Origin: an uncultured Marinilabiliaceae bacterium
Lineage (GTDB): Bacteria; Bacteroidota; Bacteroidia; Bacteroidales; VadinHA17
Direction: 5' to 3'
Assembly (NCBI GenBank): GCA_942492595.1
Contig: CALOFK010000001.1
Span: 291,373 to 355,372, forward strand
Length of the DNA stretch: 64,000 bases
Part shown: in pieces, positions 9,880 to 17,422 of the stretch
Numbering within the stretch: position 1 is the first letter of the stretch
How the letters are laid out: every line of letters begins with the position of its first letter
Program-made: the position numbers and the translations under genes
Notes under the pieces: model-generated
Databases searched by the model: none
Seen by the model: only the letters and a program-made list of their open reading frames with translations
Told to the model about the DNA's origin: nothing

Positions 9880-10188
9880 ATGAAAAAATCAATATTTATA
9901 GCAATAGTACTCTTAGTAAGTCTGGGTGTTTCAGCTCAGGATAAGAAGAAAATAGTAGACATAACCTTTAAAACATCTATTACCTGTGATAACTGTGTAA
10001 ATACAATAATGGGCTCTCTTCCGCTGGAGAAGGGTATTAAAGATGTAAAATGCAATCTCGAAACAAAGGAGGTAAAAGTATCATTCAGAAATGATAAGAC
10101 AGATAAAGAAAAGATAAAACGTTCTCTCGAGAAACTGGGATATGTTGCTGAAGAAGTTAAGGAAAAGGAGAAAACGAAGAAAGAATAA
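9880..10188 (+). CDS. Heavy-metal-associated (HMA) domain protein, secreted
   Basis: Signal peptide, a CxxC metal-binding motif (TCDNCVNT) and a ferredoxin-like HMA layout (KDVKCNLETKEVKVSF...LEKLGY). Confidence 0.8.
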   Translation: MKKSIFIAIVLLVSLGVSAQDKKKIVDITFKTSITCDNCVNTIMGSLPLEKGIKDVKCNLETKEVKVSFRNDKTDKEKIKRSLEKLGYVAEEVKEKEKTKKE

Positions 10189-10273
10189 GAAAAGTATGAT
10201 AAATAATATTTGCATTTTCCCCGAACAATGATCTGAACTTATTGTTTCTTAATCAAATAATAAACTTTTAAAA

Positions 10274-11341
10274 ATGAAACTTAAAAAACTAACATTACAT
10301 GCAGTTATCCTGGTTTTCCTTGCAATTGCTATTCAATCATGCAACCAGGGGACAGGATCAGCTGAATTAAAAACTGGCGTTGAGCATTACAGATCTCTCC
10401 AGTTTAGTGAAACACCCTATGATATTGAAAAGGGCTTGCATCAGTTAAATGATGATGAGGCTGCAACTATTAATAATTATAGATTTACCTACGACGATAT
10501 GGGTCGTCTGGCCTCAGTTGAATTTTGCAGGGGAGATGAGTTATTAAGCTATGGATCGTTAGGCGGAGCTGCACGTATCGAATATGTCTATGAGGGGGAT
10601 AAGCAAATAAAATCATTCTTTAATAAGGATGGAGAACAGATTTCATCAGGGGGAGTATATAATGCTGTTTATACACTTGATGATAAGGGTATAAGGACGG
10701 CATTGATGTTTGTTGATGATAATTCAGAGCCTGTTGAAAACAGGAATAATATCCATCGCTATGATTGGAGTATACTTGAGAATGGTATGGTAAAAGAGCT
10801 CAGGTATAATCTTGCCGATGATGAAACTGTAATGAATCCTTTCTGTCCGTTTTACGAGCTCAGGTTCGAATATGATGATAATGGTTTTGTTGTTGCTATG
10901 ATGAATTACGAGGCTGATACCCTATATAATTGTACGGCTGAAAATTGTGGTGATATAGGGGTTTCTTATTTTGAATTTAAGAATAACGAAAACGGCGATC
11001 TGCTTAGTTTTTCAGTACACAATACAGTAGGTCAGCTGTCAAATCTCTACTGGGGCTGGGCAAAAAGAGTCAATAAGGTTGACGATAATGGTTACCTGAC
11101 TGAAAGAGCTGTTTTTGACCAGGATGATGAATATCTTTCAGGTAAGAATGTTCCGGTTACACAGTATAGCTACGATGAGCATGGAGCTATGCTTGAAATG
11201 AAGAATATGGATAAAGACAGGAATCTTATTAACAGCCCCGCTAATGGCGTTGCAGTTACAAGGTTTGAATATGACGATAAAGGTAACAGGACAGGATCAT
11301 TGCGTTTCGATAAAGATGGTGCTGAAATTGTAAATGAATAG
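10274..11341 (+). CDS. Lipoprotein with YD-like internal repeats
   Basis: Lipobox (LAIAIQSC). Recurrent [FY]-x-YD-[DE]-x-G motifs: FTYDDMGRL, FEYDDNGFV, YSYDEHGAM, FEYDDKGNR. Confidence 0.6.
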   Translation: MKLKKLTLHAVILVFLAIAIQSCNQGTGSAELKTGVEHYRSLQFSETPYDIEKGLHQLNDDEAATINNYRFTYDDMGRLASVEFCRGDELLSYGSLGGAARIEYVYEGDKQIKSFFNKDGEQISSGGVYNAVYTLDDKGIRTALMFVDDNSEPVENRNNIHRYDWSILENGMVKELRYNLADDETVMNPFCPFYELRFEYDDNGFVVAMMNYEADTLYNCTAENCGDIGVSYFEFKNNENGDLLSFSVHNTVGQLSNLYWGWAKRVNKVDDNGYLTERAVFDQDDEYLSGKNVPVTQYSYDEHGAMLEMKNMDKDRNLINSPANGVAVTRFEYDDKGNRTGSLRFDKDGAEIVNE

Positions 11342-12401
11342 CTGTATGAGAACTAAGGGATACAGCAATATTTCGATCTTCCTTTTACTCCTGGCGTCGA
11401 TTATTCTGTTTTCATGCTCCGGAGATAAATCAGGTTCAGGGGATTCACAGCCTGCTAAACAGCAAAAAGCTAAAGCTCAAAAGGAAATAGTAATTGACAG
11501 GGAAACAGAACTACTCCTGAAAGACCTGGAAGAAAATGGTGATTATGTCAATTCGAGGCTCTTCCCTTCACTTATTAAGGCTTCAAGTGTATACGAAGAT
11601 CCTGATGTTCTTACATATGTTATTGATATTCGTGATGTGCAGGAGTTTGCCTCAGGGCACCTGCCAGGATCAGTAAATGTTGATTTCAGGGATTTACCAT
11701 CATATTTTATGACAGGTATAAAGCCTTTTGAATTTGACAGGATAGTAATAGTTAGCAAAGACGGACAGCTGGCCAGCTATACAACTTCGCTGCTTCGCCT
11801 GATGGGTTATGGTAATGTATATGCACTCAGATGGGGTATGAGTGGATGGAATAAATCCTTTGCCGAATCTGGCTGGCTGGCCGGATGCTCGTCCGACTTT
11901 CAGAACAGGCTTGAAACCGACAATAATGATATGCCTCCTGCAGAAGGGATGCCCCTGATGGCAACCGGTTATTCTACAGGAGAGGAGATTGCTGCAGATA
12001 GGTTTAAGCAACTGTTCAGTGAAGATCCGGAGGAGCTAATGATAAGCGCCGAAGAAGTATTTGCCAGTCCTGAAGATTACTTTATAATAAACTACGATCG
12101 CCGGGATAAGTATGAAAGCGGTCATATTCCGGGAGCGGTAAGATATAAGCCTGGCGCAACACTTGGACTTGCAGATATTATGTCGACCATACCAGCAGAG
12201 AAGACAGTTGTGGTATATTGTGGCACAGGGCATAATTCTGGCTTTGTTACCGGCTATCTGCGACTGTTCGGCTATGATGCACGTACATTAAGTTATGGGA
12301 ATAATGGCTTTATGTATGAAAAGATGCAGGAAGAAAGATTAACTCTTTCGTGGCTGCCTTTTACAGATGAATATATTGAAGATTATAAGCTAGAGAAATA
12401 A
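11334..12401 (+). CDS. Lipoprotein with two rhodanese-like domains
   Basis: Lipobox (ILFSCSG). Two rhodanese-type modules (IDIRDVQEFASGHLPGSVNV...; DRRDKYESGHIPGAVRY...VVVYCGTGHNSG), the second with a Cys active-site loop. The start may be the downstream ATG at 11346. Confidence 0.75.
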   Translation: MNSCMRTKGYSNISIFLLLLASIILFSCSGDKSGSGDSQPAKQQKAKAQKEIVIDRETELLLKDLEENGDYVNSRLFPSLIKASSVYEDPDVLTYVIDIRDVQEFASGHLPGSVNVDFRDLPSYFMTGIKPFEFDRIVIVSKDGQLASYTTSLLRLMGYGNVYALRWGMSGWNKSFAESGWLAGCSSDFQNRLETDNNDMPPAEGMPLMATGYSTGEEIAADRFKQLFSEDPEELMISAEEVFASPEDYFIINYDRRDKYESGHIPGAVRYKPGATLGLADIMSTIPAEKTVVVYCGTGHNSGFVTGYLRLFGYDARTLSYGNNGFMYEKMQEERLTLSWLPFTDEYIEDYKLEK

Positions 12402-12428
12402 TTGTAGTTTTATATAAATGAGTTCCGG

Positions 12429-12890
12429 CTATTCTGATGCATTTCCTGCATCTGGCCGGAATTCATATTTTAAGAGCATTTCCTTTTTAATATTATCGAG
12501 AAGATAAAGATCCTTTATTCCTTTTTGAGCCAGCAGCATATATGCCCTGGCTTCACTTGCATAGCTGTCGGCAATAATAATCCTGGGAGGGGCCAGTTTT
12601 TTTATTGCCCGGATGCTTGAGCTGGTAAGTAATGATTCTTCTGAATCCAGAAGATAAAGGTTTGATATTGCTATGTCTGGCTCATTAGTGCCATTACCTA
12701 TTCTTATTACAGAGCCCTTAGTCTTAGAAAATTCTTCAGGACTTATAAGATTTTTTCCCTCAAGTGCATCTTTAGCATAATTCTCTGCTCCCTGCCTGAA
12801 GTTATTTCCACTAAGCTGGAAAATTATCAGCAGCAGTACCAGAAAGAAGCTAAACAGGATCAGTATTTTACTTGTAATTTTTGTATTCAT
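12429..12890 (-). CDS. Membrane-anchored hypothetical protein, possibly a degenerate rhodanese-like fold
   Basis: Start chosen at the internal Met (MNTKITSKILILFSFFLVLLLII), 20 nt after the upstream stop. The listed ORF start at 12959 would overlap the upstream gene. Confidence 0.5.
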   Translation of the reverse strand: MNTKITSKILILFSFFLVLLLIIFQLSGNNFRQGAENYAKDALEGKNLISPEEFSKTKGSVIRIGNGTNEPDIAISNLYLLDSEESLLTSSSIRAIKKLAPPRIIIADSYASEARAYMLLAQKGIKDLYLLDNIKKEMLLKYEFRPDAGNASE

Positions 12891-12909
12891 AATAGGGTAT
12901 TTTATTCTA

Positions 12910-13518
12910 TTAACATCCTCCGTCAAGTTCCTTTTCTGTCTGTCTTCTTGATTCAGCATACTGCATCCTTAAACTGTCTGGAAGGGAGTTGATTTCAGTA
13001 AAGAAACGCCTGGCTTTGAAGCGGATCTCGAATATTGCATTTTGCCTGGGACTAATTGTCTCACCGGTAAAAGATGAATTCATTATTGTTTCAAACCAGC
13101 TGTTTAATCCACCTCTCATTGCATAGCAATTACTGTATCCCAGTCCGCGTGCAAGTGTGAGTGCATAACTTGATTTAATATCGCTGTTCGAATAAAACAC
13201 GTATTTCAGATCGTTGTTGAACAGGAAGGTCTCGGGCTTCTTTTTAAAGAAGAGATCAGCAGGGATGTTCATGGCTCCTGGAATATTTAAGTTCATAAAT
13301 TCCAGGCTATCCCGAAGATCTATCAATTGTACTGTGCTGTCTTCGTTTATCATAAACCTTGCCACCTGGTCGACTGACATATAAGCGTCTGGCTCAGATA
13401 AACTAAGTGCAAGTTGGTCAGGGTCTTCAACAAATGAGTAAGATCCTGATCCTGGTATTAACAAAAGCACCAGTGAAAGAATAATAAATGATAAAGAAAG
13501 AGCTTTAAGGGTATTCAT
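12910..13518 (-). CDS. Rhodanese-like domain protein, secreted, lacking the catalytic Cys
   Basis: Signal peptide. Pattern LIDLRDSLEFMNLNIPGAMNIP...VFYSNSDIKS...RGGLNSW, where the active-loop position carries Ser rather than Cys. Confidence 0.7.
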   Translation of the reverse strand: MNTLKALSLSFIILSLVLLLIPGSGSYSFVEDPDQLALSLSEPDAYMSVDQVARFMINEDSTVQLIDLRDSLEFMNLNIPGAMNIPADLFFKKKPETFLFNNDLKYVFYSNSDIKSSYALTLARGLGYSNCYAMRGGLNSWFETIMNSSFTGETISPRQNAIFEIRFKARRFFTEINSLPDSLRMQYAESRRQTEKELDGGC

Positions 13519-13527
13519 GGCTGCTTC

Positions 13528-14130
13528 TTAATAATTAGTTGTGATATCTGGTCTGGAAAATCTTTTTTCAGCTTTCTCTGACAGCCAGAACATTAGCATT
13601 GCTACTATAACGAGAAGAAAAGTAAAAAGAGCCGGAGATAATCCCATCACCTCGTTTAATTTTACCGGACCCTTATAATTTGCCGTGGCAAAATCCCCAA
13701 TAAGGGGCCAGCTTTCAGCAAAGAGGAAAGCACCCAGGAAGCCTCCCAGGATAAATACCATTGCATCTATTTTACCAATAGCAGCAGCGCTGATACCTGT
13801 TCCCGGACAGAAACCGCCCATAATAAAACCGGCACCCATAATTATTCCACCAGCAATTGAAGAATTGAGATAAAACTCATTTACAAATACCTGGCTAAGA
13901 TCAATAAGCCCCATATAACTCATTATTTGAGAGCCTATCAGGGCTGTCAGGGCTGCAGTAAAAAACACTTTTATTACAGCGGTATCGTATCCATAAAACA
14001 TGCCTGCCAGTTTTCTGCTCGAAGAGAAACCGGCCTGCTCTAGTGCAAAGCCGAATCCGATACCAATAAGAAAGGCTATCAGTAGCGAAAGCCACTGAGG
14101 GAAATCGGGTGTTAGGGTTAAAGGGCTCAT
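13528..14130 (-). CDS. YeeE/YedE family sulfur-transport membrane protein (second half-size unit)
   Basis: Polytopic membrane ORF with GGFCPGTG. Start placed at the Met at 14130, 10 nt after the upstream stop. Confidence 0.75.
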   Translation of the reverse strand: MSPLTLTPDFPQWLSLLIAFLIGIGFGFALEQAGFSSSRKLAGMFYGYDTAVIKVFFTAALTALIGSQIMSYMGLIDLSQVFVNEFYLNSSIAGGIIMGAGFIMGGFCPGTGISAAAIGKIDAMVFILGGFLGAFLFAESWPLIGDFATANYKGPVKLNEVMGLSPALFTFLLVIVAMLMFWLSEKAEKRFSRPDITTNY

Positions 14131-14140
14131 AAATAAGAAT

Positions 14141-14650
14141 TTAAATCCAGTTTTTTCTAAAGAACCAGGCAAAAAGATAAGCCGATCCGAATATTGATAG
14201 CATTGTTACAAAACCAGCAACTGATAATACAGCCATGCCCGAGAGAGCTGCTCCACTGGTACATCCTCTGGCCAGTTGAGCACCGTATACAAAGAGAACT
14301 CCTCCCAGGAAGGAAAGTATTAGACGTTTCCTGTTTGTGATTGAGGGTGACTTTTCGATGGTGAGTCTGCTTCGTTTCGACAGGAGGCCCGATATAAAGG
14401 CGCCGACAAGAAGACCGAGTACTTCGAAGGGAAGCCATGACAGCAGGGGCCTGTTTCCGCCTTCAAAATATTTACTGTAGTAGCCGGATCCAAGGCTGTG
14501 CTCCGGACTGATCTTGTTTACAATAGATACAACACAATATTTTAGTCCGCCACTGGCACCCAGTCCACGTCCCGAGAGATACATAGCCAGTAAAAGAACA
14601 AGGCCCAGCAGTATCCCTGCAAAATACGGATTCATATATGCTTTTTTCAT
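14141..14650 (-). CDS. YeeE/YedE family sulfur-transport membrane protein (first half-size unit)
   Basis: Polytopic membrane ORF with the conserved LARGCTSG motif. Confidence 0.8.
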   Translation of the reverse strand: MKKAYMNPYFAGILLGLVLLLAMYLSGRGLGASGGLKYCVVSIVNKISPEHSLGSGYYSKYFEGGNRPLLSWLPFEVLGLLVGAFISGLLSKRSRLTIEKSPSITNRKRLILSFLGGVLFVYGAQLARGCTSGAALSGMAVLSVAGFVTMLSIFGSAYLFAWFFRKNWI

Positions 14651-14737
14651 CTTATCACAGTTTCATACAAAACCCTTCGAACCACTTAAAGTTCAAAATT
14701 ATAAGATAATAAATAGCACTTTATGAAAATGAAAACA

Positions 14738-15274
14738 CTAATAATATTTTCTTATTAATATCGGTCTGCTAATATCAATTTTGCTGGTACTGTTAAAAAT
14801 AACAAGAGGGATGTCTTTCAGATCTATTGAATAGAGGTATCCGTCAATAACTCCAAGTTTGTCGGAGTGAATATTGACTCGCCATAGCTTAATAAAGGTT
14901 CTGAAAATTTCTTCACTATCTGATCCCCGGAATACAAGTTCGTAGAAATCATATTTTGGATATTTCTTAAAGATCTCTCCAAACAGGCTTTTCCTTATAG
15001 TTTGTATGGGTTCTTTAGCAATAAATTCAAGATGTAAAGACTCGTATCCTATTCCGTACATACCATAACCTGCGCCATCGCCAGTAGAATAAGTATCACT
15101 GCCTGAGATTTGTTCGGCACGTCTTATAATACACTGGTCGGTAACCCCCATGGGCTTGTCAAGGCTGGTAATTTCAAACGATGTTCTTACTCCTCCTGCA
15201 AGATCTGTAATTGATTGCGAAAAGGATACTTTCGTAATAAATACCAGGATAAAATATACTATTGCTTTATTCAT
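14738..15274 (-). CDS. Secreted hypothetical protein
   Basis: The internal Met gives a clean signal peptide (MNKAIVYFILVFITKVSFSQ). No family recognised. Confidence 0.55.
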   Translation of the reverse strand: MNKAIVYFILVFITKVSFSQSITDLAGGVRTSFEITSLDKPMGVTDQCIIRRAEQISGSDTYSTGDGAGYGMYGIGYESLHLEFIAKEPIQTIRKSLFGEIFKKYPKYDFYELVFRGSDSEEIFRTFIKLWRVNIHSDKLGVIDGYLYSIDLKDIPLVIFNSTSKIDISRPILIRKYY

Positions 15275-15339
15275 GACAGTAGTTGATTGGTTCAGAAAAA
15301 AAGAACAAAAATCAGGCCATATGAAAAGGTTTACTACAT

Positions 15340-16272
15340 TTGCCAATCATGAATTCTAAGCGGACATTATTAGTCTCTCATCTTGCCCTTCTTGGGGCAA
15401 ACGTAATATATGGTTTAAACTATTCTATTGCAAAAATCCTGATGCCCGATTATATTAAGCCACTCGGACTGGTTGCACTGAGGGCAATTGTTGCTACTTC
15501 ACTTTTCTGGCTTTTCTCACAGTTTTTTCCAAGGGAGAAGGTAGAAAGGAAGGATCTGATTTATATGCTTTCCTTCTTTTTATTCGGAGTGTTTTTTAAC
15601 CAGGTGTTTTTCTTGCTTGGGCTCGACAAAACAACTCCGATAAATGCTTCACTTATTATGCTGATTAATCCCATTCTGGCAATAATATTTGGCGTAATTA
15701 TACTTAAGGAGAAGTTCTCGGGTCGCAGGCTGGCAGGTGTAATTGTCGGGATGTCGGGGACAGCTCTTTTAATTCTGGGCAGGGGTAGTTTTTCTGTTAG
15801 AGGTGGGTCTGTACTGGGCGATATACTTATCCTTTTAACGGCTGCCTCCTGGGCTTTCTTTCTTGTTATAATAAAACGAATGACCAGTAAGTACAATAGT
15901 TATACCGTTATGAAGTGGGTGTTTTTATTTGGTCTGTTCCCGAATCTTACAATAGGTTTTAACCAGCTGTCGGATGTAAGCTTTTCGAATTTGCCCCTGC
16001 TTATTGTGCTGGCTTTTATTTATGTAACAGTTTTTACCAGCTTTCTGGGTTACAATATGAATATCTACGGATTGAAATATGTCAGTCCTACCGTTGTAAG
16101 CACCTATGTTTACATCCAGCCCCTGGTGGCTGTGATTGTATCAATCGCACTCGGACAGGACAGGCTTGATACGATAAAGATTGTTTCTGCTGTTCTTGTT
16201 TTTACCGGGGTATATCTGGTAAGCATATCCGAAAGAAGCAATAAGATGAAATCGCAGAGTCTGTTTAAATAA
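15340..16272 (+). CDS. DMT superfamily (EamA-like) transporter
   Basis: 310 aa with ~10 hydrophobic helices in two EamA-like halves. Confidence 0.85.
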   Translation: MPIMNSKRTLLVSHLALLGANVIYGLNYSIAKILMPDYIKPLGLVALRAIVATSLFWLFSQFFPREKVERKDLIYMLSFFLFGVFFNQVFFLLGLDKTTPINASLIMLINPILAIIFGVIILKEKFSGRRLAGVIVGMSGTALLILGRGSFSVRGGSVLGDILILLTAASWAFFLVIIKRMTSKYNSYTVMKWVFLFGLFPNLTIGFNQLSDVSFSNLPLLIVLAFIYVTVFTSFLGYNMNIYGLKYVSPTVVSTYVYIQPLVAVIVSIALGQDRLDTIKIVSAVLVFTGVYLVSISERSNKMKSQSLFK

Positions 16273-16279
16273 TAATTCT

Positions 16280-17266
16280 TTAAATATCCAGGAATTTATA
16301 TGAGGATTCGGTATACCTCTTGCCGGCTATATCCTTACCTATATTATCAAGAAGTGCAAGGTCTGAATCTGAAAGGACCACATCTACAGACGAGTAGTTT
16401 TCTTTAAGATATTTTCTGGTTTTCATTCCCGGAATGGGAACGATATTCTCTCCCTTAGACAACAGCCAGGATAGTGCAAGTTGTGATGCCTGAATATTAT
16501 TCACTTTTGCAATTTCTTCAATAGTTTCAAGTTTACTTATATTATATGAAAAATTGTTGCCCTGCCACCTGGGTTGATTTTTTCTGAAATCATTTTCAGG
16601 CAGCATCTGCTGAGACTTGAACTTTCCGGTTAGCATTGCCCTTGATAGTGGGCTGAAGGGGACAAAGCCTATATTGTTCTTTTTGCAGGTTTCAAGCACA
16701 CCAGATTCTACATCTCTGGTAAAAAGAGAGTACTCTGATTGGATTGCGCTTATACTGGATATTTTCAGTGCTCTTTCTATCGTTTTTGAAGAAACCTCAG
16801 ATAAGCCTATATACCTTATCTTACCTTCATTAACAAGTTCTGTCATTGCTCCTACTGTTTCTTCAACCGGGATGCTCTTATCCAGCCTGTGCATATAGTA
16901 GAGGTCGATATAATCAGTTTTAAGTCGCTTAAGGCTGGCTTCGCATGCACTTCTTACATATTCAGGGTCGCATCTTACCGACATCGATCCATCACTATTT
17001 TCTATATAGCCAAACTTGGAAGCAATAAGCACCTTTTTACGGATTCCTGTTAATGCTTCGGCTAGCAGTTCTTCGTTATGCCCGGATCCATATACATCGG
17101 CAGTATCCAGAAAATTTACTCCCATTTCTATCGATTCTAATATTGTAGCAATGGACTCCTTCCTGTCGCCGGCACCATATGCACCGGACATTCCCCAGCA
17201 TCCCAGTCCTATTGATGGTACTTCCAGTTCACCAAGTTGTCTTTTTTTCATAGTTATTTTATCCAT
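16280..17266 (-). CDS. Aldo/keto reductase (cytoplasmic type)
   Basis: AKR motifs GLGCWGMSG, FLDTADVYG, YIGLSEVS and PIPGMK. Confidence 0.85.
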   Translation of the reverse strand: MDKITMKKRQLGELEVPSIGLGCWGMSGAYGAGDRKESIATILESIEMGVNFLDTADVYGSGHNEELLAEALTGIRKKVLIASKFGYIENSDGSMSVRCDPEYVRSACEASLKRLKTDYIDLYYMHRLDKSIPVEETVGAMTELVNEGKIRYIGLSEVSSKTIERALKISSISAIQSEYSLFTRDVESGVLETCKKNNIGFVPFSPLSRAMLTGKFKSQQMLPENDFRKNQPRWQGNNFSYNISKLETIEEIAKVNNIQASQLALSWLLSKGENIVPIPGMKTRKYLKENYSSVDVVLSDSDLALLDNIGKDIAGKRYTESSYKFLDI

Positions 17267-17285
17267 TTTTTCTGTCCGATCTTAG

Positions 17286-17293
17286 CAAAGGTA
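17286..17293 (-). promoter_or_regulatory. Bacteroidota -7 promoter box (TACCTTTG on the minus strand) for the aldo/keto reductase gene
   Basis: Plus-strand CAAAGGTA is the reverse complement of TAnnTTTG. It lies 20 nt upstream of the ATG at 17266. Confidence 0.45.
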
Positions 17294-17422
17294 GAGTTTT
17301 GGGAGCTATTAATGTTAAAACTTCTTAAAGTATATATTCTATTGCTAAAAATATGTCATGAAATAGTATCTGTATTAAGTACTTTTAATAAGTTTATAAA
17401 AATTTTAACCAAAACTGTGAAG

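Noticed and set aside
12891-12959. Upstream Met extensions of several minus-strand ORFs (12959, 14172, 15346, 61279)
   Set aside because: The extensions overlap the preceding gene or lack signal-peptide logic. Internal Mets give canonical signal or TM N-termini with short intergenic gaps.
17237-17422. 62-codon N-terminal extension of the S9 peptidase ORF
   Set aside because: The extension is AT-rich, overlaps the divergent AKR gene and its promoter box, and precedes a perfect signal peptide that starts at the Met at 17423.
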